Made by a program: the position numbers and the translations under genes. Under the pieces are notes generated by a model. The model made no database searches, was not told the DNA's origin, and was given only the letters and a program-made list of their open reading frames with translations. Shown piece after piece: positions 56,840 through 64,000 of a stretch of DNA of 64,000 bases (its first letter is position 1; every line of letters begins with the position of its first letter). This stretch comes from an uncultured Porphyromonadaceae bacterium (GTDB lineage: Bacteria; Bacteroidota; Bacteroidia; Bacteroidales; Muribaculaceae), in the NCBI GenBank assembly GCA_947175425.1, contig CAMWMR010000006.1, forward strand, positions 19,878 through 83,877, read 5' to 3'.

Positions 56840-57849
56840 TGCGACGAGGATACCTGTTTTTTCTTTTCACGCTGTTGTTGGCGGCTTGCTCCAACAACGA
56901 GCAATTCCGTGTAAACGGAACAATTGAGGGCGATCCCACGCTTAATCTGCGTGTGGGATGGTATGCCGACGGAAGCTACCATTCCCTTATAACGGCTGCC
57001 CGCGAAGGCAAATTCGAGTTTTTCTGCACTGCCAATCAGCCCGCCGTGGTTGCCATATGCGACAACGATTCGCGCATTCTGGCACGCATATATGCAAAAA
57101 ACGGCGAAACCTTCGACCTGAAACTGAAAAACGATCCTTATCAGCTTACCGTGGACGGCAACGACATCAGCAAGCGCTGGGCGACATTCCTGCGGGAGAA
57201 TGCCGATGAATTGCGGCAAAGCCCCCGTGCGGCAAACGAAGCCATTGCCCGCTATGTAATCGCTCATCCCGATGATTTGCTTTCGTCGCTCCTGCTTGTA
57301 AACAACTACTACGCAGCCATAGACCCGCTCAAAGCCGATTCCTTGCTGTCGCTTCTCACTCCGCAGGCCCGCCCCTCGGCAATTACCGAAAGTTTCAATT
57401 ACTCGCTTTCGCGACTTGTAACAGGTTCGGCCGCCGGCGAGATTGCATCGTTCCCTTACCGCGACCGACGCGACAGCCTTCGTTATTTCAATCCGCACAA
57501 CGCGCCTCTCTCGTTCCTTGCCGTTTCTATGTGGGACGATTACCGCATCGACTCTGTCGTGCCCGCGTTGCGCCGCCTTACACGCAAATCAGCCAACAGA
57601 GAACTGAAGTTGCTCGACTATTCCGCCGAACTCGACACAATAGGCTGGCGTGAGCTGCTGCAGGAAGACTCCGTACACTGGGACTGCGGCTGGGCGCCGG
57701 GAGGAATAACCGCCCGAGGACTCGACAAGCTCGGTTTGCAGCGGATTCCATTCTTTATCGTTGCCGATTCCACAGGCCGTCAGCTCTACCGGGGTTCATC
57801 GGTAGGCGAAGCCGAAAAACTTATCAATACTTTCCTCCATGCTCGTTAA
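56839..57849 (+). CDS. DUF4369-like plus thioredoxin-fold lipoprotein lacking a CXXC motif
   Basis: Lipobox LLLAACS and an N-terminal FRVNGTIEG beta-sandwich start. The C-terminal TlpA-like region has SMWDDYR where WCxxC is expected. Confidence 0.5.
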   Translation: MRRGYLFFLFTLLLAACSNNEQFRVNGTIEGDPTLNLRVGWYADGSYHSLITAAREGKFEFFCTANQPAVVAICDNDSRILARIYAKNGETFDLKLKNDPYQLTVDGNDISKRWATFLRENADELRQSPRAANEAIARYVIAHPDDLLSSLLLVNNYYAAIDPLKADSLLSLLTPQARPSAITESFNYSLSRLVTGSAAGEIASFPYRDRRDSLRYFNPHNAPLSFLAVSMWDDYRIDSVVPALRRLTRKSANRELKLLDYSAELDTIGWRELLQEDSVHWDCGWAPGGITARGLDKLGLQRIPFFIVADSTGRQLYRGSSVGEAEKLINTFLHAR

Positions 57850-59398
57850 AACCTCCGCCGCCGCAGTACAGGGTATAAACGCCCTTGTAATTACAGTTGA
57901 AACTGTTATTTCCCGAGGAATGCAGTACTGCATTGTAGGCTTGCCCGACACAGCTGTGCGCGAGAGCCACGAACGCGTCCGCTCGGCAATAACGCAAAGC
58001 GGATTCACAATGCCCCGCTCGGGCGTGGTAATAAATATGGCGCCCGCCGATGTAAGGAAAGAAGGTGCAGCCTACGACCTCCCTATAGCGGTTTCAATAC
58101 TTGTGGGAACACAGCTTATCAATGCTCCCGAGCTGCACCGGTATATGATTATGGGAGAACTGTCGCTCGACGGCTCCGTGCTGCCTATAAAAGGCGTTCT
58201 TCCCATGGCCATTGAAGCCCGTGCGGCAGGTTTCAAAGGCATTATCGTTCCAAAGGCAAACGCATCCGAGGCGGCGGTAGTAAACAAGCTTGAAGTATAC
58301 GGTGTGGAGAACCTGCGCGAGGTTGCCGAATTTCTTAGCGGCGCCGCCACACTCCAACCTACCGTTGTCGATACCCGCGCCGAATTTGCCAAAGCTGCCG
58401 GAGTGTTCGACTTCGATTTCAGCGATGTAAAGGGCCAGGAAAACGTAAAACGAGCATTTGAAGTGGCATGCGCCGGCGGACACAACATAATACTCATTGG
58501 CCCTCCCGGCTCGGGCAAATCCATGATGGCCAAACGTCTGCCCTCTATTTTACCGCCCCTTACATTGGGCGAAGCTCTCGAAACCACCAAAATACATTCG
58601 GTTGCAGGAAAACTCAGCCGCAGCGCCAGACTCATGACCGTACGGCCCTTCCGCGCTCCGCATCACACCGTATCGCCGGTGGCAATGGTGGGTGGCGGCT
58701 CCAATCCTCTTCCCGGCGAGATTTCGCTGGCTCACAACGGCATACTTTTCCTCGACGAATTCCCCGAATTTCCCCGCACGGTTCTCGAAGTTCTCCGACA
58801 GCCGCTGGAGGATCGTCACATAAGCGTCTCGCGAGCCCGCTATCAGGTGGATTATCCCGCCTCGTTCATGCTTGTAGCATCGATGAATCCATGTCCCTGC
58901 GGTTATTATACTCATCCAACAAAACGTTGCACTTGCGCTCCCGGAGCCGTAAACAAGTATCTGAACCGCATTTCAGGCCCGCTGCTCGACCGTATTGACA
59001 TACAGGTGGAGATTATGCCTGTACCGTTCGACGAGCTTTCCTCGCGCGCTGCTGGAGAGTCCAGCGCCGATATTAGAGCGCGTGTAATACGTGCCCGCGA
59101 AATTCAGGCACGCCGCTTTGCCAACGACTCTGCAGTCCACTGCAACGCGAACATGGGTCCGCGCCATATGGCCGCGTACTGCGAATTATCGCCCGATTGT
59201 TCGGCAATATTGAAGAAAGCCATGAACAAGTACGATATGAGCGCCCGCGCCTACGACCGCATCCTCAAGGTTGCCCGCACAATAGCCGACCTCGCCGGCT
59301 CGGAAAACATTCAGCCCGTCCACATAAGTGAAGCCATAGGCTACCGCAATCTCGACAAAGCCGCATGGGGAGCGACATCCCAAAATCCGCTTGTGTGA
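57839..59398 (+). CDS. YifB/ComM family Mg-chelatase-like AAA+ ATPase
   Basis: N-terminal Lon-protease-like domain, Walker A GPPGSGKSM, Walker B ILFLDEFPEF and a C-terminal Mg_chelatase_C region. 519 aa. Confidence 0.9.
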   Translation: MLVKTSAAAVQGINALVITVETVISRGMQYCIVGLPDTAVRESHERVRSAITQSGFTMPRSGVVINMAPADVRKEGAAYDLPIAVSILVGTQLINAPELHRYMIMGELSLDGSVLPIKGVLPMAIEARAAGFKGIIVPKANASEAAVVNKLEVYGVENLREVAEFLSGAATLQPTVVDTRAEFAKAAGVFDFDFSDVKGQENVKRAFEVACAGGHNIILIGPPGSGKSMMAKRLPSILPPLTLGEALETTKIHSVAGKLSRSARLMTVRPFRAPHHTVSPVAMVGGGSNPLPGEISLAHNGILFLDEFPEFPRTVLEVLRQPLEDRHISVSRARYQVDYPASFMLVASMNPCPCGYYTHPTKRCTCAPGAVNKYLNRISGPLLDRIDIQVEIMPVPFDELSSRAAGESSADIRARVIRAREIQARRFANDSAVHCNANMGPRHMAAYCELSPDCSAILKKAMNKYDMSARAYDRILKVARTIADLAGSENIQPVHISEAIGYRNLDKAAWGATSQNPLV

Positions 59399-59451
59399 CA
59401 AAATAACACCACATTTAAGCAAAATGCGCTCGTGCAGGGTTATAATACATT

Positions 59452-60765
59452 ATGAGCGACATAAAAACAGATAATGGCACAAGTCGTACCCGAGGTATTT
59501 TGGCACTATCGCCGGTGGTAGTGTTCTTAGCTGCATATGTGCTTGTGTCGGTACTTATCGGTGATTTCTATAAAATGCCGGTATCGGTGGCTTTGCTCCT
59601 TGCATCGGTTTGGGCCATTGCCATATTCCGAGGGCGTTCGCTTCCCGAAAGAGTGGAAACGTACTCACGGGCGGCCGGGAATATCAACATCCTGTACATG
59701 GTGTGGATATTCGTTCTTGCCGGAGGTTTTGCGACACTTGCCAAATCCATCGGCTCGGTGGAGGCAACGGTTAACATAGCACTTTCCGTGTGTCCGTCGC
59801 ATCTTGTTTTGGCAATGCTTTTCTTTGCGGCTTGCTTCATATCCCTTTCAATAGGCACCTCGGTGGGTACTGTAGTTGCACTCACGCCGCTCGCCGTGGA
59901 AATTGGCGGTGCCGAGGGCGGAAACACGGCATTCTATGTTGCCGTTATTCTCGGCGGAGCTTTTTTTGGCGACAATCTCTCCTTTATATCCGACACCACT
60001 ATTGCCGCCACGCGCTCGCAGGGATGTTCAATGTCGGATAAATTCAAGGCCAACGCATGGATAGCCGTGCCTGCAGCCGTTGTTACATTGGCAATATACA
60101 CTGTTATGGGCATTGACGAACCCGAGCCGGCTACACTCGGAACCGCAACGGAGCCTTGGCTCACGCTGCCCTATCTCCTTGTGATCATAACGGCAGTAAT
60201 GGGTTGGAACGTCACAATGGTTCTCACGCTCGGAATAGCTTCGGCGGTAATCCTCGGAGTTGTATATGGACACGGATTGCTTGATATGGCCGGCGCTACA
60301 GGCGCGGGAATGGACTCAATGGGCGAGCTTATTATAGTAACACTCATGGCCGCAGGAATGCTTGGAATTATAAAAGAGGCCGGAGGCATAGATTACTTGC
60401 TGAAGGTGCTCTCCCGGCATATAAAAGGACGGCGTGGCGCACAGGCAATTATTTCGATTCTCGTGGGTGTGGTTAATCTTTGCACAGCCAATAACACCGT
60501 GGCCATAATCACAACAGGCTCTATTTCTCGCTCTATTTCACAGAAATACGGTGTGGATCCGCGCAAAAGCGCTTCGCTGCTGGATTCGGCATCCTGCATA
60601 GTGCAGGCTTTGATTCCTTACGGGGCACAGACTCTGCTGGCGACATCACTGGCCGGAATTTCGCCCGGCTCGCTGCTGCCATATCTCTATTATCCCTGGG
60701 TACTGGCGGTTTCCCTTGTATGTTCCATTGTTTTCCTTTATCCCCGCAGGCTGAACCGAAAATGA
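59452..60765 (+). CDS. Na+/H+ antiporter NhaC family protein
   Basis: 437-aa polytopic ORF with composition and length typical of NhaC-family transporters. Confidence 0.7.
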   Translation: MSDIKTDNGTSRTRGILALSPVVVFLAAYVLVSVLIGDFYKMPVSVALLLASVWAIAIFRGRSLPERVETYSRAAGNINILYMVWIFVLAGGFATLAKSIGSVEATVNIALSVCPSHLVLAMLFFAACFISLSIGTSVGTVVALTPLAVEIGGAEGGNTAFYVAVILGGAFFGDNLSFISDTTIAATRSQGCSMSDKFKANAWIAVPAAVVTLAIYTVMGIDEPEPATLGTATEPWLTLPYLLVIITAVMGWNVTMVLTLGIASAVILGVVYGHGLLDMAGATGAGMDSMGELIIVTLMAAGMLGIIKEAGGIDYLLKVLSRHIKGRRGAQAIISILVGVVNLCTANNTVAIITTGSISRSISQKYGVDPRKSASLLDSASCIVQALIPYGAQTLLATSLAGISPGSLLPYLYYPWVLAVSLVCSIVFLYPRRLNRK

Positions 60766-60791
60766 AAAAAGCACTCCGAGGAGTGCTTTTT
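60765..60791. terminator. bidirectional rho-independent terminator between convergent genes
   Basis: AAAAAA-GCACTC-CGAG-GAGTGC-TTTTT. A-run and T-run flank a 6-bp GC-rich stem. Confidence 0.7.
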
Positions 60792-60811
60792 CCAATTAAT
60801 ATCGTGTAGAA

Positions 60812-62092
60812 TTATTTGATGTACACTTTGCTTACGCTGTTGCCCTGACGACGGATAAAGAGGCCGTTGGAGGGTTCGGCTACGCGTACTCCCTGAAGAT
60901 TGAAGTATTCTACGGGAGCGTTGTCGTTTACAGTAACACCTGTTACAGAGTTTGCGGGAAGTGTTATTGAGCAGAACATGTTGGCACTGATATTGTTATT
61001 ATCGCTCCAGCCGTAACCGCCGAAAGGAGCGGTGCTCAGGCCGAAGCAGGCGTCATTGTAGTAATTCCCGTTGGCGGCTTCAGAAGGAACTGTCACAACG
61101 CCGTTTTTAAATGTGGTGTAGCTGACATCGTTACCCATGAGTGAAACAGCTTCCTCCAAAGTAAGATCCATAACACCCATACAGGTTGAAAGGGAGTTGG
61201 ATGGATAAATATCGGTAAGTCCTACAGCGTAATACGCAAATCCTGCATCCTGACAGTCGAATGTAACATGATCGGGGTCGGAAACATTGAATGCAATGTA
61301 TGCAGGGTCAACATTACTCTGATTGCGGATAGCTACTGGACAATTGCCGCGATAGGGATTCACAAGGCGGTAACGGTTGGGATCGCTGTCGTTTTGTTCA
61401 ACTGCCACCTTGTATTGATTCTCGGGTTTGGTCTGGTCGATACCGAAAAGAGGAAGAATCCAACCATCGGCAAAAGTTGCTTCGCCGATGTTAGTCCATG
61501 TTGAATTGTCGGCTTCGCATTTGTTGAAAGTGAAAGCACTTGCGGCAAAATACCAGCCACCGGCGCTATCCTGCAAAGCAAGCATACAGTAAGGATCGAA
61601 AACAAATCCCAATCCGCTCCACACACTTTCTATACTTTCTACAGGCGAGAATGTTGTACCCTGTTCGTTCCACTTATACAGGTTAACATTAACAACACCG
61701 GCAGTGAGATTAACGGTTTGTCCCGAAGGAATTACAAGATTACCGTCGTTGAACGTAGCATTTACAGTGAAACTTGCCGAGCTTGAAGGCACGGGAATAA
61801 CAATTGTAACAGTATTTGCAAGAGGTCCTTGAGCGATAACGGTTTTTCCTCGTACAATCATTTCGGCCTCGCTTTCGGCGTACTGATCTTCGTAGGAATA
61901 ATCATAATCTCCTATTACTTCGGCAACTGTCGTCGGAGCCGGAGCATAGGCAGGAGCGTTAACCGACTTTACAGCCTTGATTGTTGCCGGAGCAGCGGTT
62001 GCATGGTTAAGGTGCGCGGGAGCTGCCTGCTGAGCGCCGGCACACAGGGAAGCGGCCAAAGCAAAAGCAAAAACAGAGTAGAATTTTTTCAT
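60812..62092 (-). CDS. secreted protein of unknown function with T9SS C-terminal sorting domain
   Basis: Signal peptide MKKFYSVFAFALAASLCAGA and an Ala/Pro-rich linker. The C-terminal ~70 aa end in VEYFNLQGVRVAEPSNGLFIRRQGNSVSKVYIK, which is typical of type A Por secretion CTDs. Confidence 0.65.
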   Translation of the reverse strand: MKKFYSVFAFALAASLCAGAQQAAPAHLNHATAAPATIKAVKSVNAPAYAPAPTTVAEVIGDYDYSYEDQYAESEAEMIVRGKTVIAQGPLANTVTIVIPVPSSSASFTVNATFNDGNLVIPSGQTVNLTAGVVNVNLYKWNEQGTTFSPVESIESVWSGLGFVFDPYCMLALQDSAGGWYFAASAFTFNKCEADNSTWTNIGEATFADGWILPLFGIDQTKPENQYKVAVEQNDSDPNRYRLVNPYRGNCPVAIRNQSNVDPAYIAFNVSDPDHVTFDCQDAGFAYYAVGLTDIYPSNSLSTCMGVMDLTLEEAVSLMGNDVSYTTFKNGVVTVPSEAANGNYYNDACFGLSTAPFGGYGWSDNNNISANMFCSITLPANSVTGVTVNDNAPVEYFNLQGVRVAEPSNGLFIRRQGNSVSKVYIK

Positions 62093-62145
62093 GCTTTATT
62101 GGTTTAATTTAAAATTCAGAAGGTTACACTGCAGTGTTTTGCGAG

Positions 62146-62153
62146 CAAAGGTA
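62146..62153 (-). promoter_or_regulatory. Bacteroidetes -7 promoter box (TAccTTTG) for the T9SS cargo gene
   Basis: Plus strand CAAAGGTA is TACCTTTG on the minus strand, about 54 nt upstream of the start codon at 62092. Confidence 0.45.
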
Positions 62154-62262
62154 GAATAAATTTTGGAAATATGCTAAAAATACAGCTCAAAACTTACAAA
62201 AAGTTTATGCTTTAAGTCTTTTTATTACCCTAATGGCAGGCTTTTCAGACAACACTTTGTCA

Positions 62263-62766
62263 TTATTGACGTATATACGGGAAAAAGTCCTGTCGCGGCA
62301 AATGCTTCAACGCCACTGCAACAGCGATTGACGGCGATGTAAATGTCATTCCATATGGCAGGGATTTGCATGCGTTTCGCCATGCAAGGCCGGGTTTGCC
62401 GATAGCTATCAGATGTCGACCATTGCAGGCATACTCACATAATCGCGAATCGGAATGCCGAGCAACTATCAAGTCGGCTTTATCGGCCGATACTATTTTG
62501 GCCGAAGGGCAGGCTGCTTCCACTGCGGCGCGATATGGCTCCAGAGCTTCGGAAATTGCGACTGTGGCAGGCTTGAGAGCCAGACATATGCGGAATACAG
62601 TCCGCATATATCCGGCAGGGGAAAGATATTCGTAAGAATAGTATTGATGTCGCTGGTTCAGGACTTCAGTTATAAATCGGAAAGCAAACGGAGAGTGTAC
62701 TCCGAATCCGCCGGTATGACGCCGGCGCCTAAAGTACATTCCAAACCTGCTCAGAACAGCTTGCAT
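62263..62766 (-). CDS. hypothetical protein (co-oriented with and overlapping the YfhO gene)
   Basis: 167-aa ORF overlapping the upstream YfhO-like gene end by 16 nt. No family recognised with confidence. Confidence 0.45.
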   Translation of the reverse strand: MQAVLSRFGMYFRRRRHTGGFGVHSPFAFRFITEVLNQRHQYYSYEYLSPAGYMRTVFRICLALKPATVAISEALEPYRAAVEAACPSAKIVSADKADLIVARHSDSRLCEYACNGRHLIAIGKPGLAWRNACKSLPYGMTFTSPSIAVAVALKHLPRQDFFPYIRQ

Positions 62767-64000
62767 CGGCGGCTTTCCACGAAAATACCCGCTAACAACA
62801 GCATGTATACAAGCGTTACGCAGGCATAGGCAATGTTTGTGCTGACTGTTATGGAGCGCGGACAGAAACTCATGCTTATTGTGTGAGCGCCGGCAGGAAC
62901 CGACAATGCCCGCAACAGATAGTTGACACGAGCCAGGGGCACTTCATTGCCGTCGATATCGGCATGCCAGCCCCAGGGGAAGTATACTTCGGAGAATACC
63001 GCCGTTCCGCCATTGCGCGTATCGACATGGTAGGTAAGCTTGTCGGGACTATACGATGTGAGGTATACCGTATCGCCGGGAACAATGGACGATTCACTGT
63101 TGAGCGAGCCTTCGAACTTGCGGTCGGCCACAGCCTGACGGGAGAAATCGAGCTTGTCGATATCGAGGGCGGCCATTTCCTCATCGGCATTGTCAACCCA
63201 TATAATACTGTCCACAAGCCACGCGTTGCCCAAAGCTTTGTTGTTTTTCACAAGTGGAGCCTCGGAATCGCCCGTAATTATATAGCGGGCATTGAGCATA
63301 TCGGCTACACGGTAGCCGTTACGCAACTGTCGGGCAAGGTCGGCATATTCCGGCTCGTCAAGAGCGGGGTCGTCGGGGAAATATCCCACTTGCGCCACAA
63401 TTCCCAGTTTACGCTGAATAAGGTCTTCGTATCGGTTGAGCTTTGCGGCATGATAACCGCCGAGAGTCTTGTGGAAATACGAGCGGTCGGCACTATTGAA
63501 GCCGGGAATATCCAGCACGCGATAGTGCGCGCTTGTATCGGCAAGAATCGCGCGATCCATTGCATCGGGAGTAAACGCTATTTCACCGCCGAGCAAATCG
63601 GCAGGCCCGAAAGATGAGTGCGAAACATAGCGTTTGTCAACGCCGTAGAGGTCGATAAGCACCAGCAATCCCACTGCGCCCACAACCAAAGTACGGTTTC
63701 CTTTGCCACGCAGATAGAACGTGATGAACACGGCGGCGAGAAGCAGGAACAGCAGCGAGCGCAACGCATCGGAGCGCACCATGCCGTATCGCAGAGCTTT
63801 GGCAGCGTCCATATTGGCGGGATTCGACAGAGAGTAGGCATAAAGCATTTGCCCAATCTGCTCCTGCGAAGCACCGGCCTGCCTGCCGTAGTCGACAATC
63901 TGTTTCTGGACAGCCTCGGAGGTATTTCGGTCGGTTTGAGTGACAGCCTCGCCGAAGGCTCCGGGAGCCACGAGGGCGAGCACACATATTGCCGCCGGAA
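62751..64000 (-). CDS. YfhO family membrane protein, C-terminal part (gene continues beyond the window edge)
   Basis: The reading frame stays open upstream of the listed GTG at 63983 to position 64000. A large extracytoplasmic domain is followed by a terminal TM (NIAYACVTLVYMLLLAGIFV), as in YfhO-type glycosyltransferases. Confidence 0.65.
   Translation of the reverse strand, partial: PAAICVLALVAPGAFGEAVTQTDRNTSEAVQKQIVDYGRQAGASQEQIGQMLYAYSLSNPANMDAAKALRYGMVRSDALRSLLFLLLAAVFITFYLRGKGNRTLVVGAVGLLVLIDLYGVDKRYVSHSSFGPADLLGGEIAFTPDAMDRAILADTSAHYRVLDIPGFNSADRSYFHKTLGGYHAAKLNRYEDLIQRKLGIVAQVGYFPDDPALDEPEYADLARQLRNGYRVADMLNARYIITGDSEAPLVKNNKALGNAWLVDSIIWVDNADEEMAALDIDKLDFSRQAVADRKFEGSLNSESSIVPGDTVYLTSYSPDKLTYHVDTRNGGTAVFSEVYFPWGWHADIDGNEVPLARVNYLLRALSVPAGAHTISMSFCPRSITVSTNIAYACVTLVYMLLLAGIFVESRRCKLF

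Noticed and set aside
1-64000. CRISPR arrays, rRNA genes, IS elements, transposases, integrases, and toxin-antitoxin or restriction-modification genes.
   Set aside because: I saw no regularly spaced short repeats and no rRNA-like sequence. No ORF translation carried recombinase or transposase (DDE, tyrosine or serine recombinase), methyltransferase or restriction-type motifs. This scan was by eye only and is not exhaustive.

Overview
This window reads as a mostly core-chromosome segment of a Bacteroidales (Bacteroidota) genome. Three observations support that placement: many genes are preceded by the Bacteroidetes -7 promoter box TAnnTTTG, one secreted protein carries a T9SS C-terminal sorting domain, and the gene families are typical of the order. 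G+C looked like the low-to-mid 50s percent on the lines I hand-counted. I call 57 protein-coding genes, including one 52-aa Pmp3/YqaE gene that falls below the ORF-track cutoff, plus tRNA-Ala(GGC) and tRNA-Leu(CAA). I saw no rRNA, CRISPR array, transposase or integrase. Housekeeping genes dominate: lysS, gpsA, rlmN, pdxA, parE, coaD, xseA/xseB, two helicases, three tandem FKBP isomerases and a comM/yifB-like ATPase. There are three larger modules. The first is a nucleotide-sugar supply cluster (acyltransferase, ugd, DegT aminotransferase, HAD, gmd, fcl, WecA/MraY-like priming transferase). The second is a seven-gene MacAB/TolC-type efflux operon that ends in its own sigma-54 response regulator and histidine kinase. 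The third is a NamZ plus Na+/solute symporter pair. The only clearly accessory segment is a roughly 1.4-kb two-gene cassette at about 52.8-54.2 kb. It encodes a short ABC/OLD-type ATPase translationally coupled (ATGA) to a 113-aa TOPRIM-like protein, has its own promoter box, and looks lower in G+C on sampled lines. It is bracketed by 27-nt imperfect direct repeats that duplicate the 3' end of the upstream gene. I consider it a candidate miniature PARIS/AbiL/OLD-like defence module and the best lead here. Secondary leads are a membrane-anchored pseudokinase overlapping a GNAT-like gene, a 195-bp element bounded by perfect 18-bp inverted repeats inside an unusually long 517-bp non-coding gap, and a CGGACA palindrome cluster with duplicated TTTTGGCACA boxes upstream of the efflux operon. 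All functional calls rest on motif recognition by eye. No database search was run.
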